Shown here: piece by piece, positions 48,687-61,388 of the stretch
Layout of the letters: each line of letters opens with the position of its first letter
Position numbering within the stretch: position 1 is the stretch's first letter
Assembly (NCBI RefSeq): GCF_025526975.1
Contig: NW_026515687.1
Coordinates: 1 to 64,000 of the forward strand
Length of the DNA stretch: 64,000 nucleotides
Direction: 5' to 3'
Source: Fimicolochytrium jonesii
Lineage: Eukaryota
Translations under genes and position numbers: made by a program
The notes under the pieces: generated by a model
The model's database searches: none
What the model was told of the DNA's origin: nothing
Seen by the model: the letters and a program-made list of their open reading frames with translations, nothing else

Positions 48687-50552
48687 ATGGCAGTGGACGA
48701 CAAGAGTCCTTCACAGCAACCAACAGTGCCCACCGTATCATCTAGCGTTGCACCCAGCTGTGGCGTCTCACAACAGTTATGTCCAAGCGTCGGGGACGGA
48801 GTTGGCGGCAACAAAGGCGCAGTTAGCGGAACACAGACCCATCTCCACACCTCGGAACTTAGGAACGACCTGCCATGGTACAGAGCCGGTACAGTGCATT
48901 CACTGGGGACCATCTTGGCGACCGCGTTGCCCGTCATTGTTCCTCTTTTCGGTCTCGCCGCTTTGCTGCGCTACCTGGAGATGGAGGTAGAGGGGCTGAC
49001 GACCGGGACGCGCGAAATCGATTCGCACACTGACTCTAAGAAATTAGCGATTTTTATATACTTTGGACCATGCTTCATTACGATCCTCACCATCAATGCG
49101 TGGGATAACCCGGCAATCAGAGGGTTTCCGGAATGGAAGGAGGCGATTGAGAGCTACGTCGACGTTACCGACAACAACCCCGAACTATTTGAACGCGTGA
49201 GAAGATCAAAGCAAATAACAAAGACATTCGTGGGATACCTCGCCATACGAGCGCTCTGGGTGGTTCTCAACGCCATACCCGCCTACTATTGCGGCTCGGC
49301 CAATGCTGCGTTGGGCTGGACCGTCCTGATCAACGTATTCTTTCTATTCTCCATCGGTTCGTTGACCGTTTGGAAGGGACAGTCGCTGAAAGACAAAATC
49401 CTGCACACATTTCGGGGATCGTCGTCGATGATGCTGGGTTATCTGACGGTATACGTTGGCTTTTACGTCCTTCGACACACTAAGACGCTGCAGTTTGCTG
49501 CGCCAATTATTACTGGTCTCTGCTATCCGATGATGAAGCTAGTCCTCATCGCTTACTACATCGACGCCGGGAAAGCACTCTACGGCTGGAAGCTGCACGA
49601 CCGGCTTTGGGGCGGTGCAGCACACCTCTACTCCTACGTGGTGGCTTTTCATTCTGCCTACGGTGTCCCAAGCAAGCTTCAAATCCTGAGCTTCACCAGC
49701 GATGCGCAGTTCTGGGTGACGCTCCTGCTCAACTTCATTGCGGAAGTCGGCGCACGTTTATTTGGAGTTTACATCGTTAGGTGCCTCCAGGAAGCTGCTG
49801 TCCAATCGGAAACGAACGCGAACTCGGCGGTACACAAAATGATTGATGGGAAGTGCGATAACGCCGGTTCGTCCGATGACTTGGAGAAGCTGAGGAAAAC
49901 TCCGCCGGCGACTATTCTCAAATCGGTGAACATGCAAGAGATTAGCATCAAAAGCAATATCGACGCAAAAGAGGAAGAGTCGAAGCACATACCCAGCGAC
50001 AATCGGCCGAGTGCAGCAGCCGCTCCGATACCCAGAAGTCCGTCGTCAGTCAAACGTTCAAGCCCCGACCCATCCGCCTCGTTCCTCCTGCGCGCCCACC
50101 AAAAGATGAAATGGATCGTCACCACGAAGATAAAGATGGCCGACTTCCAAGACCCGCAGTGGCACTGCCTCACCTTGGGAGGCATGGCCGTCAGCGAGTA
50201 TTGCGCCTTGGGATGTGCGGTCAGCCTCCTCGTCTTTCAAGGCGCCGCGCTGGGCGTCATCGAACCGCCAGAAGGGTCCCCGAGCGATCCCGATACCTTG
50301 AGCGTTGGCGCCTCTTTCTTGTGGGGATTCGCACATGGAACCTCCCCGAACGCTTTAGGTTGGCCGATTCGAGCTGGCATCTTTTTCGCGGGGGAGATTA
50401 TAATGGATGTTGTTCTGGGCGTGGTACAGCGCCAGCATGGGATTCGGTGGGAATCCCTGCCCCCTTTCAACGCTTTGGCGATTGTTGGCTGCTGGGCGTG
50501 GCTGTTGAGTTGCACCTGCACGTTTTTGACTGTCTATCGGGACCTGCTGTAA
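48687..50552 (+). CDS. Hypothetical multi-pass membrane protein (621 aa, intronless)
   Basis: Long ORF with ~10 hydrophobic segments and a large hydrophilic loop; no family recognised. Confidence 0.75.
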   Translation: MAVDDKSPSQQPTVPTVSSSVAPSCGVSQQLCPSVGDGVGGNKGAVSGTQTHLHTSELRNDLPWYRAGTVHSLGTILATALPVIVPLFGLAALLRYLEMEVEGLTTGTREIDSHTDSKKLAIFIYFGPCFITILTINAWDNPAIRGFPEWKEAIESYVDVTDNNPELFERVRRSKQITKTFVGYLAIRALWVVLNAIPAYYCGSANAALGWTVLINVFFLFSIGSLTVWKGQSLKDKILHTFRGSSSMMLGYLTVYVGFYVLRHTKTLQFAAPIITGLCYPMMKLVLIAYYIDAGKALYGWKLHDRLWGGAAHLYSYVVAFHSAYGVPSKLQILSFTSDAQFWVTLLLNFIAEVGARLFGVYIVRCLQEAAVQSETNANSAVHKMIDGKCDNAGSSDDLEKLRKTPPATILKSVNMQEISIKSNIDAKEEESKHIPSDNRPSAAAAPIPRSPSSVKRSSPDPSASFLLRAHQKMKWIVTTKIKMADFQDPQWHCLTLGGMAVSEYCALGCAVSLLVFQGAALGVIEPPEGSPSDPDTLSVGASFLWGFAHGTSPNALGWPIRAGIFFAGEIIMDVVLGVVQRQHGIRWESLPPFNALAIVGCWAWLLSCTCTFLTVYRDLL

Positions 50553-51008
50553 TCAAAGCACACTACAACACCACCCCGAACTCGCAAGCAGCTGAATCCG
50601 CATCTCCCTTCATCAGCATATCTGATGGCTGTTCGTCGGACACATTTCACGTAGAGTACACCGATTCTTGCGAAAGCGGCCATCCCCACTTGTACAATAT
50701 ATCAATACATAGCGCCCTTCGAGATGAACCGTTGTGGAGAGCACATTCTGTTATCTGGCATATTCATGTGGTTTCATCAATTCTGGTGGGGCATGCAGAG
50801 TAGTCTGAGTAGAGGAGCGGAGAGGTCCCACTTCCCAGTGAGCCGCGAATGGGCCGCAAACGCGCACACCTCAAGATGAGAGATGCCGCACACGTTCATA
50901 TTTGCCAAAGCCGTTTTATCACAACCGTCGGAGTCCAACGTGGCACCATCCTGAGAGGAAGGGGCGCCAGCGATAGTATACACGATATACAGAAGGGTCG
51001 TAGTCGGC

Positions 51009-53629
51009 ATGGCGTCTGCAGACGAGCGAGCCAAAAAAGTAGAGGCCGCGAAGTTGAAGGTAAGCTTCCGGTCAAGATCACCGTGGAAGGCCTTACTACC
51101 ACTAGCCTCTGTACTCACTGGAGAACCGGTACACAGCTGAGACGCTTCCAAGCCTCGAAACCCGGAGGAGACGAGTCTAGGAGGAGCATCGACGTTGGGC
51201 AGCATACGCCGCCACGTGCGCAAAATGCTGGGGAGATCACGGCGTATGGCGCATCTACGGCCTCCTCTGCGACACCGAGACCGATACTTGCCTATGGAGC
51301 CGCGGACGGAACCTCAGCACCTACCACTCCATCAGGGCAACCGAGCGAGCCTGGAGTCACAGCACCTGTTGATGCACCACCCCCGACACATGTTGACATT
51401 GATAACCATGACGACGCCCAACTCGAAGCCAAGCTGCCCAGTTCTCAGAACGCGCTGGATAAGGCAAAAACGGAAAAGACGGAGCTGCGGAACGAGATAG
51501 AAATAGAAGCCAATCATAAGTCGAGTCGGGAGGAGGAGAATCGCGTGTTGCAGGCAGAGCTGGCTTTGCTCAAGGCCGAGGTATCAGCGCAGCGATCTGT
51601 GGAACAAACCCAGGATAGCTTGCAGAACGTGCTGGATAAGGCTGAGGAGGAGAAGACGCAGCTTCGAAATGAGATAGAACGGGAAGCCAGTCACCGGTCA
51701 AGTCGTGAGGAGGAGAATCGGATGCTGCAGGCAGAGCTTTCCTTGCTTAAAGCCGAGTTAGCGGCGCAGAAGTCTGTAGGGGACACACAGGAAGGTGAAC
51801 TGCGGGCCGTGAAATCACAGTTGGATGAGAACAGCGAGGTGATTCGGGGACTCAGGGAGGAGCTGGAATTGGCGAAACGGTCTGCCAAGGAGACAGCCGG
51901 GACAACGGAACTAGAAGAAACTCTCACCGCGGAGAGACAGAGGGTGTCGAGTTTGGAAAATGATGTAGCCGATGCTGCTATCCGACTACAACAGGCGGGA
52001 GAGCAGCTGGCGGAGGGGGGTGCCACTATCAGCGCTCTTCGCGAAGAGTGCCAGGTGTTGGGCCGCCGAGTCTTGAAATTGGAGGCCGACAAGGCAGAGC
52101 TGCAGAATGAACTAGTTACCCTACGGTCCGCTATTGAGGAGGCAGGAAAGGAAAAGGCCGAAGCGGCCCGAGCGGAACTGGACATTGAAAAGAGTCAACT
52201 ACCTGCCGACCGGCCTGCATCTGTCTTGTCAGCGAAAAGCGAGGTTTCGCGCCCGGGATCCGGGCCAACTGTCTCCGAAGAGCCGCATGAACACCTGAAA
52301 GAATTGGAACGCAAGTTGGCCAAACTGCAACAGGATTACACAGCCTCACAAGCCGAACTGAAGCGGCTTCACTTATCCCAAGCCGATGTCGGAACCCTCC
52401 TCCTGCGGACCGGGTCATCTCCAACTTTTGCAGAAAGCCTCGCAACCTACCAACGACGATGCGACGAGCTGGCGACGCTGGTTCAGTCTCTGCAGGTAGA
52501 GCGCGATCAGATGAAAGCTGAAGTTGAGCGCCTCAAAACCGCCGCGTGGGAAAGTGAGCGTACTGAGGCCCGGTCAGCGGAAATGTCGGGCGAGCTGAGC
52601 AGTCTGCGCGAGAGTATAGAGAGGGAACGGGAGATGTGGAAAGGACGGGAGGAGATGATGAAGAAAGAAGTCAATGCGGCTCGAAGCGATAACAGTGTTT
52701 GTGTACAGCTTTTGGACACACTTTGGGCACTTCTGCGCGATGAAGTCGGCTCGAGCGGCGACGATTCGTCTAGTATACCACACACACCAACGACTCATCG
52801 TCCCGCGCATTCCACGAAGGCATGGAGAGACGGAGCGCTAGAGAAGGCTGTCAATAACCTGTTTGAGAAAGTGAAGGATCTCAAGCTAGCCTTGGCAGAA
52901 GCACATGTCGTGATGGACAAGCAGCACGACAAGATCGAGCAGCTGCTGTCGGAAGGTGCAACACCACCGGCTTCCAATAGCCATCCTCCCCTTGATCGCC
53001 GGCAATCATCGCTACAGCAGAATGCGAGCGCCGAGCGGGAGGTTTCGCGGCAAGACGTGGGGACGCAGACGCATCCCATGCTTGCGTTCGCACGATTGGA
53101 GACTGTAAAGGCTCGGCTTGCCGAAGCCGGGGTTATATGGACGTTCCCCAGTGCCAATCGACGAGGATCTCAGGAACTCAAAGACCAACCTCCTGCGTCA
53201 CCATTTTCTTCGGATTCAGCAAGTACTCAAACACATGAACCTCGGCCTAGTGACCTGACTGCCCTAGAGAAGCAAATCGGGGCTTTGGCCATGTCGCACG
53301 CCCAGCTGCAAGCCGCGCATGAGATCGCTCAAGCCCACATCGCCTCCCTCGAGCAACGGTTGGGGCATGCCAAGAAGCTTGTGGTGGCATTATCCACCGG
53401 GGATATCAGTCAATCGGGCGAAGATGAAGACGATGCAGCACAGGTTAGCGAAGACAGAGTGCGTCTGACGACCACACTAGTTGCGCAAATGGCGCAGATC
53501 CGGGAACTGGAGGAGGATCTCAATGCCTGGCGGGCACGATGCGAGGAGTTGGAGGAGATCGTAGAGGAGTGGTCGCTAGGGAGCGCCGGAGGGCCGTCCA
53601 AGACTGTTACAAGTCCGCAATCAGCGTAG
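51009..53629 (+). CDS. Long coiled-coil protein, golgin-like (GM130/Bug1-type N-terminus)
   Basis: Spliced start MASADERAKKVEAAKLK/LRRFQ (intron 51060-51136), then extensive heptad repeats. Confidence 0.7.
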
Positions 53630-53791
53630 ATAACCGATTTTTTGAACCTCATAAGCAAATCCTCGATCTGAATCACTCTCGCGTATGTAAATCAATAAAA
53701 TTAGATAATGTTATGATGCAGACAAAAACCCCCTTCAGTGCTATGTACAGAATTTTGATTCATCTAAGCAAAAACTCAAGCGACCCGTCGC

Positions 53792-55489
53792 TTAAGATGA
53801 TAAGGCCCCGGAATCGCGCAGGGCGTTCTTCACCACTTGGCATTTGTGGATCAACAATTTGGCGGCTTCGGTGAAAAGAACTTGTGGTGGCAGGATTCCG
53901 GTTGATTCGATGCTGACTGTGAAAGGGATTAGCGTGTGTTTACCGTACGATCCAAAGCGCTTGATAACCGCTTACATAGGAAATGGTCGCGCACACGCGT
54001 CAGCCGAACTTTGTCTTCAAACTCTGGGTGCCGCAATACTTCACGGCTGACTGTGTCTTTACGGGGGTTCACGACTCGAGCCTCTGGTTCACCTGTCATA
54101 CAAGACCTTGTCAGGTCAGCCAATCAAAAGAATTCGCATCGAAAGAGGTTTCTGCACCTGCTGCGTTCTCATCGACAGCCACGACGCCTTCTGGGAAACA
54201 TTTTTGGAAGCGGTACGCCGAATCGCCAGTGATGGGTTTCAGGATTTGAATATCGGGAAGCAAACGGTACGATGCAGTCGCTGTTGGGAACACAATATCA
54301 ATCCACAAGCTACAGATTCTCAACGAAAGAAAGACTTTCCGGGTTTCTAAACTCACCGACAGGTGACCACTTTGCGTGCTCTTTCCCTATTCCTTTCTGA
54401 CAATGAAGCTCAACGTCGATAATCTGGAGAGACGGAACAGGTTCAGTCAGCTGAATAAAGCTTGCTCTGCAAAAGCATTGCGCCCTACCTGGCCCGGTCG
54501 CATCTTTGTGATGAGAATGTCGTCAATCACGGGTCCAACGGGCCTATTGGCGAACCGCGTGCTCTGCAGGCCTTGCGGGATCCATTCCAGATCCCCAGAA
54601 AGAACTGTGAACCGTTCGCCTCTGATTAGATCCACGCTGCCCTGTGCCAAATCGCTGCGGCACATTCGAAACCCGTACCATTGGAGTGAATGTACTTCAC
54701 ACTGGGGTCCACCGCAGACGTCGGTGCTTCTGGGTTCTTCTTGCATTCCACAAATAGTTTGAACACCAGCGTGTTCTCGTCCGTTGGCGTGTCCTCCGTA
54801 CCCAATCGGAACTGGAATGCCCGAGGGTCGCATTTGATTGGTATCAACCCAAGGCGCTGCGCCAGAATCTCGTCGTGCATGATCGATGTGTTGTTCAGGA
54901 CGTAAACTTTTTCGATGGCCATTGTCGGCACCTAGATGGAACCGTCCAACCCGCAGTGAGCCGCTTGCCCTCCTCCTTCAACACCATCTCCGCACCGCAG
55001 ATTCGTCCGACGCACCTCGCCAATCAATATCCTTCGGAATGCGTTCGCTATCGACGCGTCCACCCCTATCATATCGAACTCCATGTCGTCCTTCCCAATG
55101 AATCCAACGACGATTTGAAAGTTCTGGAGAGGATTGAAATGTTTGGTACAGAGGTCGTTGTTGCACCTCTCGGGTTCGTAGTAGAGATTCTCACCTGCTT
55201 GAACTTCTCCAGGTCCCAAGCGAGATCCTCACCTGGGAAATTTCCCGGAAATTCCAAGGACGACGGCTGCATGGATGTGGAACGACATTCAGCGTAGATT
55301 CAGTGCACCAGCGACCTTTCGCTTCCGGCGGTCATCCCTGAGCCAATTCGTCGTTGCTTGCGGCCGGTTTTCACACTGTAGGGTGACCAGTAGCTATGAG
55401 TGCACTTGGTGGGAACTTACGTGAGCAACCCTGTCCTTGTACAGCACCACGCGGGAGCGCATCAACTTGACGGGGTCTGTATCGGGCAT
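53792..55489 (-). CDS. RPC40: RNA polymerases I/III subunit AC40
   Basis: [94 protein letters not shown]. Confidence 0.96.
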
Positions 55490-55616
55490 GGCTGTCTGTT
55501 CCTTTGCCAATTGCCTTGTGGTTCAGGAACGCTTTGGCCGAGTCCAATGTCAAATTTCGAGAGTCGAAGTGCGAAGCCGAAAGGGTCTCTGCCAGATGTC
55601 CAGGGGAGAAGCCCGA

Positions 55617-55624
55617 TCACGTGA
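55617..55624. promoter_or_regulatory. Palindromic E-box (TCACGTGA) in the RPC40/NDUFA7 bidirectional promoter
   Basis: ATCACGTGAC centred in the 231-bp head-to-head intergenic region. Confidence 0.45.
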
Positions 55625-55720
55625 CTAATGTCGCTGTGACGATGCCATTCACCATTCCCAACGCAACATTGAACTTGCAGGAAAGCCCACCTTAACAACA
55701 CCATAAACAAGCAAGCAGCG

Positions 55721-56513
55721 ATGGGTGCCTTGGACAAGTTCTTGACCCATCACTTCGGGGGCATACCAAAGTCCTTCAAGGACCTGGAGTGGATCATCAG
55801 AACGGTATGTTCTTGACTGCCACGCGCAACCTCAGTTTCGAACCCGACCGCTAAATCCTTGTCTTCGCAATTCCAGCGGCCAGATGTGCCACCTATCATG
55901 GTGTCGGTAAGTCCTTTGGTGTCTAGGTTTGTCTTCTCTTTCAGCAAAAACTTAGAGCCCGTTGTCTTTGCGCGGAATTTCAACTAGGCCGATGAATATC
56001 GTTCGGTGACACCGGGGTACGTGTGCTGCATGGCTTCTTCCTAGAACTCCATACCCTAGAGCGTCCCACGTCTTTCCTCTTACGAATCCTTCATGTACAG
56101 GTCGCAACCGACGTACCAGCCTTACAAAAACGAGAAGCTGTCGAAGAACTACTACTTTACTCGCGATTACAGGCGAGCGTATCCGCAGACAGTCGTGTAC
56201 ACCTCTGCAGAAATCTCCGGTCTGCTTCCTCCTGGTATCGAGGTTAAGAGGTTGGTTTCCGTCAGCATGAACAAAGGAGAAATGGGATCAAGGCAAAACG
56301 AAGGGATCCCTTATCAATATTCTGACTTCGTCTTGTCTTAGCATCGCCGCCAGCTCCGAGACCGGGGAACTCAGCTCAGTCTCACAAAACGCAGCATACA
56401 CAGCCAGCAAATTGCCACCACTCGTAGACCGAAAGTACAGGTGGAAGCCGGCGATGCCTCATCTTAAGCCTGATGCTGTCAACTCTGAATATCCTCTCCG
56501 TGGAGCTACATAA
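55721..56513 (+). CDS. NDUFA7: Complex I subunit NDUFA7 (B14.5a/NUZM-like)
   Basis: Spliced MGALDKF...YRSVTPGSQP...KLSKNYYFTRDYRRAYPQ..V; 5 exons. Confidence 0.8.
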
Positions 56514-57747
56514 AGACAGTAGATTGAAGACGTTTTGGGCCTACAGCTGTCTTTTTATCCTTGTCGTCAATGAAGCATTACTATACCCACATGACATTTA
56601 CTTTTCAAAGAATCGGGGGAGCATGCAAAATGCAGGATTTGGGAGGTTGAGGAGGTTGGAAAATTTCTGCCGAGTTGAAGTCATGACGATTGCGCCAGGG
56701 GATCAAGGAGGGTACACAGGCGAGCGTCAAGCTTACGATTGAGGGCAATGTTCTTTTGGCCGAAAGAGGAGAAGCAAAGGAAGGCGCGAGAAGCTTTCAC
56801 GGTTTAGGGTTGCTTGGAAGGTTTGAAATGCTGAAGATATCAGCGGCATCTTTCTTGATGGGGCAATTCACCACTCTCCGGCGAGATTGGTGAACTGCGG
56901 AGGACCGCAATGAACTTAACGTAATGGTCCATACAGAACGCGATTACGGTGGATGCTGATAGGTGCAAGTGTAACGAGGTGTGACTGCGAGCAGTTTCGT
57001 GACATTCCATCTCTTAACCCTGAATAAGCCCGGTGGACTCGAACTGGGCGGGGTCGGAAAGCCCACGACAGTATATGACTTGATCTTCACATGGTTTCCG
57101 CTTCCGTAGCTAGATAAATAACGTGCCATATGGCGATACATAATGAGCCTACAGTCAACCATTTTGCAGGCTATGCCCACCCCTACGGACCAAGGAAAAG
57201 GTTGGCGGGAGTCATTGTTCGGTGTTTTGCCCGGTTCAGCTCCGTCCAGCGGACGCGTTGCCACGCGTTCTTCTTCCACCGAAACCCTTCCTTCTCCAGG
57301 GGTACTCCGCGATAACAAACAAGCACGGCAATTCATTTTTTTTCAGACATCAGCCTTCTTTCTCCATGGAACCTCCCTAGCGAATCACTAGTGGGTTTTC
57401 CCTTACAGTACGAAGGCACTCGCGTAAGCGTAGAGGAAAAGAACATGGGAGGGGATGGGGTCGAACGTGTTTTGGGGTTTTCGTGTTTGTGTGTGGGCTT
57501 GGCGAGTCGTGCCGCGTTCCCTTCCAACCTGCCATATAAAGCCAAGGGAGAAGGTCCCGAACCACTTTGCATCCTGTTTGGCTTCTTCCTCCCACGTCGT
57601 TTCACGTCGGAGTGCGTTTTGAAAAGCCTCATCGATCTACGAACATAGTCGAAACATCGGAAATTGTCGTGGGACGCCGAGCAAGGACATCCGTACATCC
57701 ATATCCCGTCAACGTATCCGTCTGTCCCCGAAACCTATCTCGACGCA

Positions 57748-58722
57748 ATGCCATCACACGCGCTCGTATTAAGCCTGGTCCTGTCCTTCCTTGCCATCCC
57801 CCGCATCGCGGCTCGGCCACCTCCGATGCAACTCATCCCACGCGAAATTCCCGTCGTCACCCTCGCACCCATCATCGACCCGCCCCCCGTATCATTCACT
57901 GTCCTGCCAGAAGTTCCGACTACGGAGCCGACGGCGACGGCGACCTACGCATACGGCTACGCGTCATCGTCGAGTGTGGCTCTGACGGCTACGGCAACGT
58001 TGATTGCGACGCCTGTGTGCGATATCCCTGACCTGGAGGGGACCTGGCTTGATGAGGAGTTCGGACAATCGTTGGATAACCTGTTGAAGCAGGCTGCGAG
58101 CGCCTATAATCGCATCATTTACCCTATCGTTGGCCCGTGCGTTGAGCTCGATGCTGAGATCAATGAGGATTGTAAGTATCCTGAATTCCACCCGGCCATC
58201 CTTCCATGGGCGCTTGTCAACTCCAGGCTAACATCTTTAACCCTCTCGTCATCTCACATCACAGTGCAAAAGTTCTACAACTACTACTACATCGCCGAAG
58301 CTGGCATTCACGGCCCTGCATCCCTCAGCGACGTGCATAAGCAAGGAATCCTCACCGACCAAGTCTGCGACGCGCTCGAGGCCGTCGAGGTTGTCATCTC
58401 CCAGATTGGCGAGCACAAGGAAGAGTCTTGCATCCACTACGGTGGACTTGGCCAGATCACGGCCATCTATCCCTGCCTCGCGCCGGCTTACCCGAGCTCA
58501 CCTAGGTAAGTTTTCTGTCTGGCCGTTGTCTATGTCTTCTCCTTGACCATTCACTCAAATCGCATCTCCTTTCACGCGTCCAGGCCATACTTGATCCCAG
58601 AACTGGACCTGATTGAAGCGCCCAACATCAAGAACGTGCGGCAGGGTCTCGGATGCCGTGGTGAAGTCGTCGCCAACGGATCCCGAAAGCGGGAGATCAA
58701 GGAGAGTGTGCGCAGGGTCTAA
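57748..58722 (+). CDS. Hypothetical secreted protein
   Basis: Signal peptide MPSHALVLSLVLSFLAIPRIAA, Thr/Ala-rich linker, Cys-containing domain; intron 58506-58583; TATA-like CATATAAA at ~57533. Confidence 0.7.
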
Positions 58723-59609
58723 CCAACCGGCCGTACAACCTACACACCGCTATATACCTCTTCGCCATTTACCAGCTTGCAGTACTGAATGAGCCGGCTT
58801 CATTCCTACATGTTCCTTTCTCTTCTCTTTCTTCATACCCGTCTTAGATGGAGTGTACATTTTGCACATATGTGTCTCTGGGATGCTCCCCTTCCAGCTC
58901 TTGGGACGTTTTCTTCTTGTGTTTTATTGTGAATGTAACTTATTTGGAATGACGATATCGATAAAAAACGCGTTGAAGTTGATGGGAATGAAATACATGC
59001 GATCAACCAGCGGCACAGCGAAGGTGGCGAGCGACCAGCGTCTCCACAGCGGCATCCGTTTGGACAATTGCCCACACCCCGACAGCCCATTTTCCAACGA
59101 GCAGACAGACAGACAAGCCTTGGGACCCATCACCACCCACCGCTCGTAACGTGTCTTCTTGTTCGGCCAACGCGCGAAAGAGGCTCTGTGAGACAAGAAC
59201 CTTCCTTCGCCCACGCCGACTTTCCCGCCCAAAGACGGGCAGACCGCCACTTACGCACGCGCAGATAAAGTAAGTGGTGAATATAAACGCACGCTCAGGT
59301 GCCGGCCATATATAGATGCATGCGGACCGCTGTTCTCGTGCCGCAACGTTGAATTAGAAAGTGTCGCTTAGGCCACTTCCGTTTGTGTTGCGCGATATCG
59401 CTGAGGTGCTCACTCCGCAATCTCCCAACTTGTCTCAGCGTTTGACTTAGTGCAGACCATACGCGCCCTTTCAACTGCACCTCCTTCACACCTCGTCCTT
59501 TCGTTGACGGTCAAACGCCTTCCTTGCTACGGTCCAGTCTGAGCACAACCATCGCCTCCCACGCCCTATAACTCCTCGCCATTCGCATCAGCAGTCTTAA
59601 ACAGCAGTC

Positions 59610-60390
59610 ATGTCGAGAGTAGCCTTAGTACGGGAGTACAAAATCGTCGTTGTTGGTGGAGGTGGTGTTGGGAAGGTAAGAAGTTTCCTTGTTTTGAGAA
59701 ATGCGAACTGCTGCCGTGGGAACTTCGGCGGCTGGGAGAAAATTACCGGCCCGAAGGTGGATGTGATGCCCGAAGGTGGATGTGATTTCGTTGGGTCTAT
59801 CGAATTTCGAAACTTGGTGTACCGTACCCAACCGTCGCTGAAAATCTGTTCTCCTACCATTGCAGAGTGCCCTTACGATCCAGTTTATACAATCGCAATT
59901 CGTTGACGAATACGATCCGACTATCGAAGATTCCTATCGCAAGCAGTGCACCGTCGACGGAGAGAATGCCGTTCTCGATGTGCTTGACACCGCGGGACAA
60001 GAAGAATACTCAGCGATGAGGGAACAGTACATGCGATCTGGGGAAGGTTTCCTACTGGTGTACAGCATCACGTCTCGATCGTCCTTCGATGAAATTCAGA
60101 CGTTCCACCAACAAATTCTGCGAGTCAAGGATCGGGATTGGTTTCCCGTGACTTTGGTGGGAAACAAGTGCGATTTGGAGGGCGAGCGGGTTGTCGGCAC
60201 AGCGGAAGGAAGGGAGCTGGCCAGGCTCTTCAAGTGCAAATTCATGGAAACGTCTGCGCGCAGCAAGATCAACGTCGACGAAGCATTCTACTCATTGGTT
60301 CGAGCGATCCGTGACGAGAACAAGAAGACACCTGGAGGAGGCACGGCACCCGTGAAGAAGAAGAAGAAGACAAAGTGTCTCATCATGTAG
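59610..60390 (+). CDS. RAS1: Ras GTPase
   Basis: [42 protein letters not shown], polybasic tail and CAAX CLIM; intron 59676-59865. Confidence 0.98.
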
Positions 60391-61038
60391 ACAGCCTTCA
60401 CGATCCCTCTTCCATGCTACATTCCGGAGGACTGTATGCACGCGAGTCTGACCGCGACCTGTAGCGCTCCGCAACAGCGCTGAGGCAACTATTTCCTAGC
60501 TGGCTCGGCTCTCTCTTCCCCTCAGAGGCCCCTCCCCCCATCTTCTCGTAAACTCTCCCTTTCCCCACCCATCCTCTGTTCCATCTCTTGATGTCTTTGC
60601 TGCCTGATTTCCTCTTTAGAAGCCCACATCACGGAAGCGGATACCCGCTTCAAGAATCGTGTAAGCGCCGATGTAAATTTTAATAGATCCTTATTTCTTT
60701 TTCTTTGCCAACATGAATCACTTCAGTCGAAAGAAAACACCGGCTCGAGTGATATAATATTGAATTGCACTGATGTGCCCATGTACAAAGTGATTACGTG
60801 CGGGAAGAATGTTTATACTGACTACATATACAGGGCATCTAAACTGTCTATATACGCTAACCACCAAGTCCTTGTCGTAAGATCACGTTCATCCGGGAAA
60901 GAGGAAGCCTGGACGGATGGAGAAGGTCGTCGGAGTCAATAGATGGGCGGTCGTTGGCGGGAAGCGCAGGGTTGATATGGAGGATTGGACGAGCAGTCCG
61001 GCTTAGTCTGCCAAATGCGCCGCTCGACAGATCGTTTT

Positions 61039-61388
61039 TCAACAATGACAAGCTCCCTTCGGGCACTTGCAAGCATCCCCGCAAGAGCATTCGTGATGTG
61101 CAGCCTTCCTCTCCGGCTCGCCGCAAGCGCACCTAACAAAGAACCGAGAACCTGTCAGTCACACCTGTCAAAGTGCAAAGCACACCACAGAACTAGGCAC
61201 ACTTACTTCTCATGCTGGGCCGGACAAACGCAGTCACTCCCACACGTGCAGTGCGCGAGCTCTCGCCTACTCTCGGCTTGCGCCTTGACTGTCGCCGAGT
61301 CGCACGGACAAGCCAGACCCTGTGCGCCGACGCATCCGCAACCGACGCCGCATTGGCAGATCCCGAGCTGGGTTTGGGTTGATGACAT
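61039..61388 (-). CDS. Metallothionein-like protein, 91 aa, 18 Cys in three (CxC)3 modules
   Basis: Exon 61207-61388 + intron 61133-61206 (gtaagt...ctgac...ttag) + exon 61039-61132 gives MSSTQTQLGICQCGVGCGCVGAQGLACPC...HCTCGSDCVCPAQHEKCAC...ECSCGDACKCPKGACHC; TATAAATA upstream at ~61516-61523. Confidence 0.85.

Noticed and set aside
50849..51008. N-terminal extension of the 926-aa ORF in the ORF track
   Set aside because: Better explained by ATG 51009 plus a canonical intron that gives a golgin-type N-terminus.
34724..61388. COA6, ZIP transporter and metallothionein as a metal-homeostasis cluster
   Set aside because: Spread over 27 kb and interleaved with unrelated housekeeping genes.
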